From an uncultured Candidatus Rokubacteria bacterium (GTDB lineage Bacteria; Methylomirabilota; Methylomirabilia; Rokubacteriales; DASRDR01): a DNA stretch of 64,000 nucleotides. The notes beneath the pieces were generated by a model. That model worked only from the letters and a program-made list of their open reading frames with translations, was not told the origin of the DNA and made no database searches. Each line of letters starts with the position of its first letter. The first letter of the stretch is position 1. A program made the position numbers and the translations under genes. This document shows, piece after piece, positions 41,810-51,735 of this stretch. The DNA is taken from positions 192,001 to 256,000 of the forward strand of contig CAVPSB010000025.1 of the NCBI GenBank assembly GCA_963708025.1, written 5' to 3'.

Positions 41810-43202
41810 ATGGAGATCCACTCGCCGGACGATCGCCGCCACGCCGGAGCCCGTCGCGCGAACTGGACCGGCTCGGCGACGAGATCGCCGAGCTGTCGGC
41901 GCACCTGGAGGCCGCCACCGCCCGCCTCCTCGACCTGATCCGGGCCTTCGACGCCCGGGGAGGCTGGAACACCGGCTTTCGCTCCTGCGCCGAGTGGCTC
42001 AGCTGGCGGGTGGGGCTCGATCTGGGGGCGGCCCGGGAGAAGGTCCGGGTGGCGCGCGCCCTGGGAACGCTGCCCGCGCTGTCCCAGGCGCTCGCCCGCG
42101 GCGAGCTCTCGTACGCCAAGGTCCGGGCGCTGACCCGGGTGGCCACGCCGGCGACCGAGGCACGGCTGCTGGCGGTGGGGCGGGCCGGGACGGCCGCCCA
42201 CGTCGAGCGGATCGTGCGGGGCTGGCGGCGGGTGGACCGGCAGGCCGAGGCCCGGGAGGCCGCGCGGCAGCACGCCAGCCGGTCGCTCCAGGTGTATCCG
42301 GACGAGGACGGCACGGTGGTGCTCCGGGGGCGGCTGGCGCCGGAGGTGGGGGCCCTGCTCCTGCGGGCGCTGGAGGCGGCGCGCGAGACGCTGTATCAGC
42401 GGGCTCGCGGCAAGGAGGCGGTCCCCGACCCGGCTGACCCGTCCATGGAGGCCCCGACCATGGCCCAGCAGCAGGCGGACGCGCTGGCCCTGCTCGCGGA
42501 GACGGCCCTCCACCACGGGCTCGATCCCGGCGCGCCGGGAGAGCGGTACCAGGTGGTGGTCCACGTCGACGCTCCTGTGCTTGGCGGATCCGGATCAGCC
42601 CGGCCAGTCGGTGCTCGAGGACGGGGCGCACGTTTCCGCGGAAACGTCGCGGCGCCTGGCGTGCGACGCGAGCCGCGTGGTGATGCGGCACGACCCGGAC
42701 GGGCGCCTCCTGGAGGTCGGGGCCCGGACCCGGACGATCCCCCCGGCGTTGCGGCGAGCGCTCCACCACCGGGACCGGGGCTGCCGCTTCCCGGGCTGCG
42801 GGCTCCGGTTCGGCCAGGGGCATCACGTCCGCCACTGGGCGCAGGGCGGCCCGACCTCGCTCTCGAACCTTCTATTGCTCTGTCGCCGTCACCACCGTGC
42901 GGTCCACGAGGAGGGCTATCACGTGGAGCGACAGCCCGATGGTGCGCTCCGGTTCCGGCGGCCGGACGGCCGGCCCCTGCCCGAGGTCCCGCCTCCGGCC
43001 GCGGTGCCCGCCGATCCGGTCGACGGCCCTCCGCGCCCACCACCACGCGCAGGGGCTCCGCCTCCACGCGCGGACGGCGTGCCCGAGCTGGCTGGGGGAG
43101 CGCCTGGACCTGGTCTGGGCGATCGACGTCTTGCATCCCTTGGCCACGGGAGAGCTGGGATCAGGACCGTCGCCCGGGGCTCGGCCATCGTGGGCCTCGT
43201 AG
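41810..43202 (+). CDS. DUF222 / 13E12-repeat-type HNH endonuclease (frameshifts)
   Basis: SCAEWLSWR; GELSYAKVR; RRLACDA; RDRGCRFPGC..HHVRHW..NL.LLC..HH. Confidence 0.85.
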
Positions 43203-43296
43203 AGCGATGACCCGCAAGGCGAAGCCACCGACCGGCACGACCGGCCAGGCCCTGCGCCACGAGGAGGCGGCCAAAGGCGGAGCGAGGAGTCCAGCC

Positions 43297-43614
43297 ATGG
43301 CGGCGCGCGCCTTCGACCGGATCACGATCGAGCCCGGGAAGATGAACGGCCAGCCGTGCATCCGCGGACTGCGTCTCACGGTCCGCGGCGTCCTCGTGGC
43401 GATCGGCCAGTACGCGTCGCGTGACGAGCCGCGCGCCGACTATCCCGAGCTGGAGGACGAGGACATCCGCCAGGCCACCGCCTACGCGGCCGCGATTCTC
43501 GGCGGTGAGAGCGTCGAGATCGAGACGCCATCCGGCCGAAGCGCCGGCCGTCGCGCGACCTCGTCAGGCCGCGCGCGGCGAGGAGCCGGCGCGAGCGCCC
43601 GGCGGTCGCGGTGA
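43297..43614 (+). CDS. DUF433 antitoxin (no toxin partner)
   Basis: RITIEPGKMNGQPCIRGLR; DYPELEDEDI. Confidence 0.8.
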   Translation: MAARAFDRITIEPGKMNGQPCIRGLRLTVRGVLVAIGQYASRDEPRADYPELEDEDIRQATAYAAAILGGESVEIETPSGRSAGRRATSSGRARRGAGASARRSR

Positions 43615-43687
43615 ACGCGATGCCCGCCGCGACATGTTCGTCATCCGATAGGACTGAGCCGTCCCCAGGGAAAGGGCGCCGCCCGGG

Positions 43688-43832
43688 TCAGGCCGGCGGG
43701 CCGGGCGCCGCGGGCGGGTGGGCTGCGCGCTCGGCGCGGAGCGCGGTGGTGGCGATGGCCGGGCCCTCCAGGCGGTCGCCGGGGCGGAGCGCGTAGCGGT
43801 CGTAGACCGGGGTGTCGTGCCAGCCGCCGGCA
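43688..43832 (-). pseudogene. Two fused hydantoinase fragments
   Basis: Similar to 47399-47467 joined to 49298-49377. Confidence 0.8.
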
Positions 43833-44109
43833 GGTCCACGAGCTGGACGTGGAGGTGTGGCCGACGTGCATCGTGGTGCCGAAGAGCTACCGGATCGGCC
43901 TGAGGGTCCGCGGACGCGATTACGAGTATCCCGGCGGCCCCGGCGCGGGGCTGGGCGTCCTCGGAGCGGTCTTCACCGGTGTCGGTCCGTTCCAGCACGG
44001 CGACTCCCGCGACAGGCCGCCGGAGACCTTCGGCAAGAGCGTCACGCTTCACTGCTGTCCCGGGCGGCCGGCGTACGTCCTGCTGCCGGTCATCCCGCCC
44101 GATCGGTAG
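43829..44109 (+). pseudogene. CocE/NonD C-terminal paralog fragment
   Basis: Colinear with 21906-22185, with many synonymous differences. Confidence 0.85.
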
Positions 44110-44145
44110 GGGCGGATCGCCAACCAGAGGGGGGCAGAGGGGGAT

Positions 44146-44363
44146 GGAGAGGCCACGCCGACGTCCAGGTGGGACGAGCGACGATCTGGAAGTGGTGGAC
44201 CTTCAGGGACGGGCAACCGGAGGCGAGCGCCGGGAAGGCGGGGGCTGGAGCGAACGCGTTCCACAACTCGCCCGAGTACCAGGCCGCCGCCTCGTTCCGC
44301 CGGCAGGGCGCCGGCGCAATCGAGCTGGTCATCGTGGAAGGCGGGGACGCCACGCCCACGTGA
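44146..44363 (+). pseudogene. Collapsed bicupin paralog fused to a DUF1330-like C-terminus
   Basis: Similar to 22186-22220 plus 22471-22557, then AFHNSPEYQAAASFRR. Confidence 0.65.
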
Positions 44364-44381
44364 GGCCCGCCCCTCCCCTCC

Positions 44382-44570
44382 TGCCCGACCGTCCGCAGGC
44401 GTGGCGAGCGCGTGGTTCGGCCCGCGGCCGGGACGGCGGCGCTGGCCGCGGTGCTGCGCGATCTGTTCGAGCTGGTCCGGGCCGGCGCGTTCGTCCACAC
44501 GGCCGATGCCGGCGACCGCCGGTACTGCGAGCTCGGCCGGGCCTGCGGCCCCGACCCGGCCGGACGCCGG
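44382..44570 (+). pseudogene. AddB-like C-terminal paralog fragment
   Basis: LAAVLRDLFELVRAGAFVHTAD..CELGRACGPDP, similar to 35345-35535. Confidence 0.8.
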
Positions 44571-44577
44571 TCCCAGG

Positions 44578-46122
44578 CTAGCGGGGCACCGTCTCCTCGA
44601 GATCTCGCAGGATCGCGCGCGCGCAGTTGTGCCCCGGCGCGCCGGTGAGCTCCCCGCCCGGGTGTGTCCCGCCGCCGCAGAGATAGAGCCCCTTGATGGG
44701 CGAGCGGTAGGGCATCCGCCGCGAGAAGAACTGCTGTGGCGTGACGTCCAGGTGGCGGATGTTTCCGTCGGTCATCCCGATTCGCGTCTCGATGTCGAGC
44801 GGGGTCTCGACCGTGATGTCGAGGACGCACGCCCGGAAGTTGGGGACGTACTGAGAGAGGATCTCCACATGGAGCTCCGCGAGCTCCTGCTTCCTGGCCG
44901 TGTCCCACGGCCCGTCCGCCGGCCGCGCCGGGTAGTAGAGCGACCAGCTCGACATCACGTGCATGCCCCGGGGGGCTAGGGTCCGGTCGTAGGCGGTCGG
45001 GAACTGAATGTGCATGATGGGCGTTCGCGACAGGAGGCCACACTTGGCGGCGTCCCAGCTCGCCTGGAACCAGTCGACGGAGGGGCAGATCTTGACGTAG
45101 GCGGCGAGCCGCGGATCGAAGCCGGGCCCCAGGTAGCGGCTGAAGTCCGGAAACTCTCGGAGCGCCCCCAGCACCTTCACGCAGGTGGCGCGCGTCTTGA
45201 GGTTCTGCACGCGGTGGAGAAACGTCTCGGCGAGCTCTCCAGCGTCAACGAGGGAGAGGTACGTCCGCTTGGGATCCGCGTTGGAGACGACGAGCGAGGC
45301 GCGCAGCGCCCGCCCGTCGGCGAGGAGGACGCCGCGCGCCTGGCCGTCCTCCACCAAGACTCGCTTCACCGTGACCCCCGTCCGGATCTCCACGCCCTTG
45401 GCTTGGGCCGCCCGGGCCATCGCCTCCGAGACCCGGCCCATGCCCCCTTTGGGGATCCCCCGATTCTCCGGCTTACCGAGGACCCCGCTCCGGATGTAGG
45501 CCACCGAGAGGATGCTACCTGGCGCGCTCGGGTCACCCGCGTCCTGCGCGTTGATGAAGTACGCCTTGACGCGAGGGTCCTCGAAATGCTCGTCGACCAG
45601 GTCTCGCACGCTCACCGTGAGCATCGTCTCCCAGACCTCTTCGTCGGCGGTGCCGCGGAGGTCCATCGCCACCTGGCCGAAGGTGGGCGGCTCGCTGAGG
45701 AAGTACCGGTAGACGATGCCGCACGCCCGGTCCCAGAACGAGACCCAGTCGAGGAACGCCTCGGCGTCGTGTTCGGAGAGCTTGCGGATCTCGCGGTACA
45801 ACTTCTTGGCGTCGTGCCAGCCCAGGATGAAGCTCCCGTCCGGGAAAGGATGGAAGTTCCACGGGTTGACGGAATAGAGGTCGAACCCGTGGCGGCGGAG
45901 CTCCAGATCGTCGATGATCTTGCCGTGGAGCATGTGGCAGATGTAAGCGCAGTAGGGGACGTGGAAGCCCGGATAGAGCTCCTCGGTCCCGATGCCGCCC
46001 CCCACGCGCTCGATGCGCTCCAGCACCAGGACGGACAGGCCCTCCCGGGCCAGGTAGTTCGCAGCCACGAGGCCGTTGTGCCCCGCCCCTACGATGATGA
46101 CGTCGTACTCCGGCTCCGCCAC
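44578..46122 (-). CDS. Phytoene desaturase-like FAD oxidoreductase
   Basis: IVGAGHNGL; GLYLCGGGTHPGG..GAPG.N. Confidence 0.9.
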   Translation of the reverse strand: MAEPEYDVIIVGAGHNGLVAANYLAREGLSVLVLERIERVGGGIGTEELYPGFHVPYCAYICHMLHGKIIDDLELRRHGFDLYSVNPWNFHPFPDGSFILGWHDAKKLYREIRKLSEHDAEAFLDWVSFWDRACGIVYRYFLSEPPTFGQVAMDLRGTADEEVWETMLTVSVRDLVDEHFEDPRVKAYFINAQDAGDPSAPGSILSVAYIRSGVLGKPENRGIPKGGMGRVSEAMARAAQAKGVEIRTGVTVKRVLVEDGQARGVLLADGRALRASLVVSNADPKRTYLSLVDAGELAETFLHRVQNLKTRATCVKVLGALREFPDFSRYLGPGFDPRLAAYVKICPSVDWFQASWDAAKCGLLSRTPIMHIQFPTAYDRTLAPRGMHVMSSWSLYYPARPADGPWDTARKQELAELHVEILSQYVPNFRACVLDITVETPLDIETRIGMTDGNIRHLDVTPQQFFSRRMPYRSPIKGLYLCGGGTHPGGELTGAPGHNCARAILRDLEETVPR

Positions 46123-46167
46123 GTCGTCGCCTCCTGGATGGTCTCGCCTCGCGCCACTGGGCAGTGG

Positions 46168-46282
46168 TCAGAAGGCGAGAAAGTCCTTGAGGGCCGCAAG
46201 GACCGCGTCACGGTTGCCCTCGTGCAGGGTGTGGACCGCGCGCGGAATCTCGAGACGCGGCCGCGTGGCAGCGTCTTGGCCA
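46168..46282 (-). pseudogene. Alpha/beta hydrolase C-terminal fragment
   Basis: EIPRAVHTLHEGNRDAVLAALKDFL*. Confidence 0.5.
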
Positions 46283-46404
46283 GAACCCAGGAAGTTCAAA
46301 GCGCTCTATACTATCCCCAATCCCCGTGAGCGGGGGCGTTCCCATCTGCGAGGCCAGGATAGCGCTGCGGGCCGCCCGGAACCAGGGGGGGGATCTTGGC
46401 AGAC

Positions 46405-46672
46405 GGCGCGCGACCGCGTGTCCGTCGGCAGCATGCATCTGAGCAAGGGCCTGGAGTTCCGCGCGGTCGCCGTCATGGCGTGCGACGACGACGTGGTGCC
46501 GCTGCAGGCGCGCATCGAGGCAGTCACGGACGAAGGCGACCTCGAGGACGTGTACGACACCGAGCGTCGTCTGCTATACGTGGCGTGTACCCGTGCGCGC
46601 GACCACCTGCTGGTGACGGGCGTCAATCCGGCATCGGAATTCGTGGATGATCTGCGGCGAGGAGACGGATGA
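46405..46672 (+). pseudogene. UvrD-like helicase C-terminal fragment
   Basis: MHLSKGLEF; ERRLLYVACTRARDHL. Confidence 0.8.
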
Positions 46673-46869
46673 GCTAGGCCGGCAGGCCTGGCGCCGGCGC
46701 GTGGAGATCCCCGATCACCTGGTCGCTCCGCCGGCGAGTCGATCTGCTGGCGTGTCGAGTGGAAAGGCGACACCACCCGCAGGTTTGACTCCCTCCGCCT
46801 CCCGGGGCAGTCTAGGGGCGGAGAAAGGGGCCGCGCATGGCATGATCCGGCGCCGATCAGGGCAGGGTG

Positions 46870-46950
46870 GATCGCCGCCGCCCGCTCGGCCGCCAGGGCG
46901 ATCGCTTCGGCCTCTCCTCGCCCCAGGAACGCCCCCAGGGCTGTCACCAC
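46870..46950 (-). pseudogene. DUF3368-like PIN fragment
   Basis: LGRGEAEAIALAAE. Confidence 0.5.
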
Positions 46951-46979
46951 ACACGTTGAAGCGGACAAGAGAGACCCCC

Positions 46980-47340
46980 TCAGGAGGGGCTCTCGCTCCT
47001 GGGCTTGGTGAGCGGCACGTAATCGTACTCGCCGATGCCTTGGAGGAGGAAGAAGACCGTCGAACGTGTCACCTCCGTTGGCGACCAGATGCGGGCGCCC
47101 GGGGCGCACCGCGTAAGTCTCAGTGGGACGGAGCCGCACCTCCTCCTTCGGTTCCCGCAGAAACAGCCGGAGCTGGCCCTCGAGGACGTAGAACGTGTCC
47201 TGGATCCGCGTGTGGCTGTGCCAGGGCACCTGCTGGCGCGGGCCGATCTGCAGCTCTGTGATCCGGAAGCCGGGCCGCTCGGCGTAGCGCACCCGCCGCT
47301 CGACCTCGTAGAGGTGGGTCCCGTCTTTCAACGCATCCAT
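46980..47340 (-). CDS. Cupin protein (frameshift ~47060)
   Basis: VPWHSHT..DTFYVLEG; LQGIGEYDYVP in the shifted frame. Confidence 0.8.
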
Positions 47341-47398
47341 GGAAACCTCCTCGGGTCGGTATTCAAGAACAAGAGCCGTTTCTTGACCGCTGTTACCT

Positions 47399-50300
47399 CT
47401 AGGCCGGCGGGCCGGGCGCCGCGGGCGGACCCGCCGCGCGCTCGGCGCGGAGCGCGGCGGTGGCGGCGAGGTCCAGGCGGCCGTCGGGGGTCAGCACGGC
47501 GCCGTAGTCGCGGGTGGCGGCCTCGGGGGTGATGTAGCCGGCGCGGAGGTCGTGCTCGACCTCGCCGGCGGGGCGGGCCAGGGGGGGGCCGTAGCCGGCG
47601 CCGCCGGCGAGCTGGAGCTCGAGGACCTGGTCAACTCGGGTGAGCGTGACGAGGGCGCCGCAGCCGTAGTCCTCGATGATGCGGCCGCTCGCATCCAGCA
47701 GCACGCCGCGGACGGGGCCGCCGGGCTGGCCGCCGAACAGCCCGGGGAGGCGGCGCAGGACGCCGTCGGGCTGGATGCCGGCCAGCACGGGGCGCCCGTC
47801 GTCCAGGAGCTTCCGCACGCGGACCCGCTGGCCGAGGCCGCCGCGGTGGCGGCCGGGGCCGCCGCTGTCGGCGACGTACGTCTTCTCCAGGACAAGCGCC
47901 GGCACGCGGGTCTCGAAGAGCTCGACCGAGGTGTTGGCCGCGGACGTGGGCCACAGGAGGCCTGACTTGCCGTCGCCGTGGGCCGAGCCGCCCTGGCCGC
48001 CGCCCTGGAACAGGTGGTCGTTGTAGACGCGGCCGTCCGGCCCCACGCCGTAGAAGACGGCGGAGCTGGGCAGGCCGGTCGGGGCCTGCACGGCGTCGGG
48101 GAGGGCGCGGGCGAGGGCGAGGAAGAGAGCGGGCGCCAGGTACCAGCCGGTGCGGGTCCGCACGTTGACGGACGCCGGGTGGGTGCAGTGGAGGATGCTC
48201 CCCTCGGGCGCCCGGACCTCGAGGGGGCGGTAGGAGCCGGCGTTGCTCGGGACGCCGGGGGAGAGCATGCACTTGAGCGGGTAGGTCGTGTGGGCGGCCG
48301 TGTAGTTGTACGTGGAGTTGACCCCGCCGCGGGGCATCTGGGGCGGCGCCCCGGCCCAGTCCACCGCGATCTCGCCGCCGCGCACGGTCACGCGCACCGG
48401 GAACCGCTGCGGCGTGCCGAGCCCGTCGTTCCACACCTCGGCCGACGTAGTCGCCCTCCGGGACCCGCCGGATCGCCTCTCGCATCGCGGCTTCCGAGCG
48501 GTTCTGGACGACCGTGGCCAGCGCCTCCAGGTCCTCCAGGCCGTACTCGTCCATGAACTCCAGCAGCCGCTGGGCGCCGGCGGCGTTGGCGGAGACGAGC
48601 GCGTGGAGGTCGCCGATCACCTGGTCGCTCCGCCGGACGTTGGCGGCGAGGAGGGTGACCAGGTCCTCGTTGAGGGCGCCCGCGCGGTAGAGCTTCATGG
48701 GCGGGATCTGGACGCCCTCCTCGTAGATCTCGCGGGCGCCCAGGCTGTCCTTGGTCCCCCCGATGTCCGTCACGTGGCCGATGGTCCCGAGGAGGCCGAC
48801 GACCCGGCCGTGGCGGAACACGGGCGTGACGACCGCGACGTCGAAGAGGTGACCGGCGCAGGTCCAGGGGTCGTTGGTGATCAGGACGTCGCCGGGCTGG
48901 AGCGTCTCCGCCGGGAAGCGCTGGAGCATGGCCCGCACGGCGCGCGGGAGCGTGAGGTTGAAGACCGGCATGGCCCGCGGCGAGTGGGCGAGGGAGTTGC
49001 CGCGGGCGTCCACCAGCTCGCAGCCGAAGTCCTGCGCCTCCCCGATGATGAGCGAGAACGCCGTGCGCCAGACGGTGAGCCAGCACTCCTCCACCAGGTT
49101 GATCAGCCGGCTCCACATGATCTCGAGGCCCACCGGGTCGGCCTCGATCCGGGCGATGGTCTCCTCGCGCGTCGCGCCGGCGGGGGCGAGCGCCACCGGC
49201 GGGCCGGCCCGCCCGATGGCGAGCCGCAGGTTCAGGTGGGCGTCCACCTCCAGGCGGTCGCCGGGCGGCACGACGGTGGTGGACTCCCGCTCCTCGACGA
49301 TGGCCGGGCCCTCCAGCCGGTCGCCGGGGCGGAGCGCGTAGCGGTCGTAGACCGGGGTGTCGTGCCAGCCGCCGGCATCGGCGAAGTGGGCTGGCCGGCT
49401 CCCCTTGCGGGCGGGCCCGGCGGCATCGACGCCCGCGACGCGGGCGACCGACAGATCGGGCGTGGGCCCGCTCACGAGGACGCGCCAGTTCATCGCCTGG
49501 ATCACGGTGCCGCGGTAGAGGTGGGAGTAGAGCCGGACGTACTCCGCCTCGAAGGCCTCGGTGATCGCCGCCAGCGCGCCGGCGTCGAGCGACCCCGGCG
49601 GCAGCGGGATCGTGATGTCGTGGACCTGGCCGAGGAGCCGCATCTCCGCCCGCCGGGTCACCGTCACCGCGTCCGGCGCGACCCCGGCCCCGGCGAGCAT
49701 CTCCCGGCCGCGGGCCTCCAGCTCGCCGAGGACGCTGTTCACCGCCGCCCAGTCGAGCTCCTCCAGGACGCCGGGGAGGGACCGGGCGAACTCGAAGCTG
49801 ACCGGCGCCACCAGGAAGCCCAGGGCGGACGCGGCCCCGGAGGCCGGCGGCACGATGACCTCGCGCATGCCGAGGATGCGGGCGACGCGGGCGGCGTGGG
49901 CGGGGCCGGCCCCGCCGAAGGCGACCATGGCGAAGCGCCGCGGGTCGCACCCCTTCTCGACGATGTGGACGCGGGCCGCGCCGGCCATGCTCTCCGACAC
50001 CAGCGTGTAGATCCCCCAGGCGGCCTCCAGCGGCGTCAGGCGGAGGGGCGCGCCCACCCGGCCGAGCGCGGTCTCGGCCGCGGCGGGGTCGAGGCGCATC
50101 CGGCCGCCCAGGAAGAAGGCCGGGTCGAGGTAGCCGAGGCAGAGGCTCGCGTCGGTCACGGTCGGCTCGGTGCCGCCCAGCCCGTAGCAGGCCGGGCCCG
50201 GGTCGGCGCCCGCGCTCTCCGGCCCGACCTTGAGGAGCCCCAGCGGGTCCACCCGCGCGATGGAGCCGCCGCCGGCCCCGATCTCGATCATGTCGATGAC

Positions 50301-51306
50301 GGGCGCCTTGATCGGCAGCCCGCTCCCGCGCTTGAAGCGGTGGACCCGGGCCGCCTCCATCCCGGGCGCCACGTCGGGGGCGCCGTCCTGGATGAGGCAG
50401 GCCTTGGCCGTCGTGCCGCCCATGTCGAACGACAGCACGTCGCGGTCGCCGGTGAGCCGCCCGACGAAGGCGCTGGCCAGCCCGCCGCCGGCCGGCCCGG
50501 ACTCCAGCAGGCGGACCGGGAAGGCCATCGCCATCTCGAGGCGACGCCATGCCGCCGGCGGACTGCATCAGGTAGAACCGGCGCCCGGCGGCGTCCGGCG
50601 CCTCCAGCGCGGCCGCGAGCCGCGCCAGGTAGCGCGCGACGAGGGGCTGGACGTAGGCGTTGGCGGCCGTCGTGCTCGCCCGGTCGTACTCCCGGATCTC
50701 GGGGACGACCTCGTGGGAGAGCGAGACGAGGAGCTGCGGGAACTCCCGCCGGACCAGCTCGGCCACCGCCCGCTCGTGGGCCGGGTTCCGGTAGGCGTGG
50801 AGGAAGCAGATGGCCAGCGCCTCGACGCCGCGGTCCACCAGCCCGGCCACCTCGCGGCGCACCTGGGCCAGGTCGATGGGCACGACCACCGTCCCGTCGC
50901 GGGTCATCCGCTCGTCCGCCTCGCGGCGGAGCTCCCGCGGCACCAGCGGCTCGGGGAAGCGGAGGAAGAGGTCGTAGATGTCGTACCGCTGCTCGGTGCC
51001 GGCTTCAAGAACGTCCCGGAAGCCGCGCGTCGTCAGGAGGCCGACCCGCGCGCCCTCGCGCCCGATGATGGCGTTGGTGACGAGCGTGGTGCCGTGGACC
51101 AGGAGCCCCACCTCGGCGCCGTCCACGCCGGCCGCCCGCAGCAGCTCCTCGAGCCCGGCCAGGACGCCGAGGGCCGGGTCCTTCGGCGTGGTGAGGCACT
51201 TGTGGACCCGCACCGAGCCCGTCCCCGTGTCGAGCAGGACGAAGTCCGTGAAGGTGCCGCCGATGTCGAAGCCGACGTGGTAGCGGGCTGGCACGGGGCT
51301 CAGCAT
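47399..51306 (-). CDS. Fused hydantoinase/oxoprolinase A+B (frameshifts ~50540 and ~48445)
   Basis: DIGGTFTD; ESGPAGG; DMGGTT; NDPW..GHL.D; GGAGYG. Confidence 0.9.
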
Positions 51307-51359
51307 ACCCGCCCGGGCCCCCGCCTTTCAACGGCGGCCAGGGCGGACGCTCCCTCGCT

Positions 51360-51473
51360 CTACCTGTCTAGCGTGAGGTAGATCAGCGCGTTAGCACCTG
51401 CCTCCATTCTACCGCTGCTCACGACTCCCTGAGCCCCCTGCCGAGACGTGTAGTGGAAGTAGAAGTCCGGCAC
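51360..51473 (-). pseudogene. Short ORF resembling an HYD1-type ADP-ribosyltransferase N-terminus
   Basis: VPDFYFHYTSRQGAQGVVSSG..IYLT. Confidence 0.35.
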
Positions 51474-51735
51474 ATCCCCTCCCGGCAGACGGGCTGCCAG
51501 CCTCCAGCGACCCCACCGCCAGGGTCAGGGAACGCTACACGAGCGTCCCCTGGCCAGTCAAGTTATGGGCCACGCACCGCTGTCTGTGAGGATCAGTAGG
51601 CCCGCCACCACTGGCCGCTCCCACGCGGGTCTCTATTCCGGTTGGGAGTCCGCCCGGCTACGGAGAGCTGGAAGGAGGAGAAGTGCTTGACGGCTCCTGC
51701 CCGGGGGACTAGCCTTGGCGCACTGGAGGCCCGTC

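Noticed and set aside
43207-43275. Possible methyltransferase N-terminal fragment (and a Phd-like fragment near 43540)
   Set aside because: Too short to support
42010-43614. DUF222-DUF433 fusion protein
   Set aside because: Caused by a frameshift; DUF433 has its own GAGGAG RBS and ATG at 43297
43829-44109. DGR template/variable repeat pair with CocE
   Set aside because: Differences are not adenine-specific, many are synonymous, and no reverse transcriptase is present
43688-44575. CRISPR-like array
   Set aside because: No repeats between the fragments and no cas genes recognised in the window
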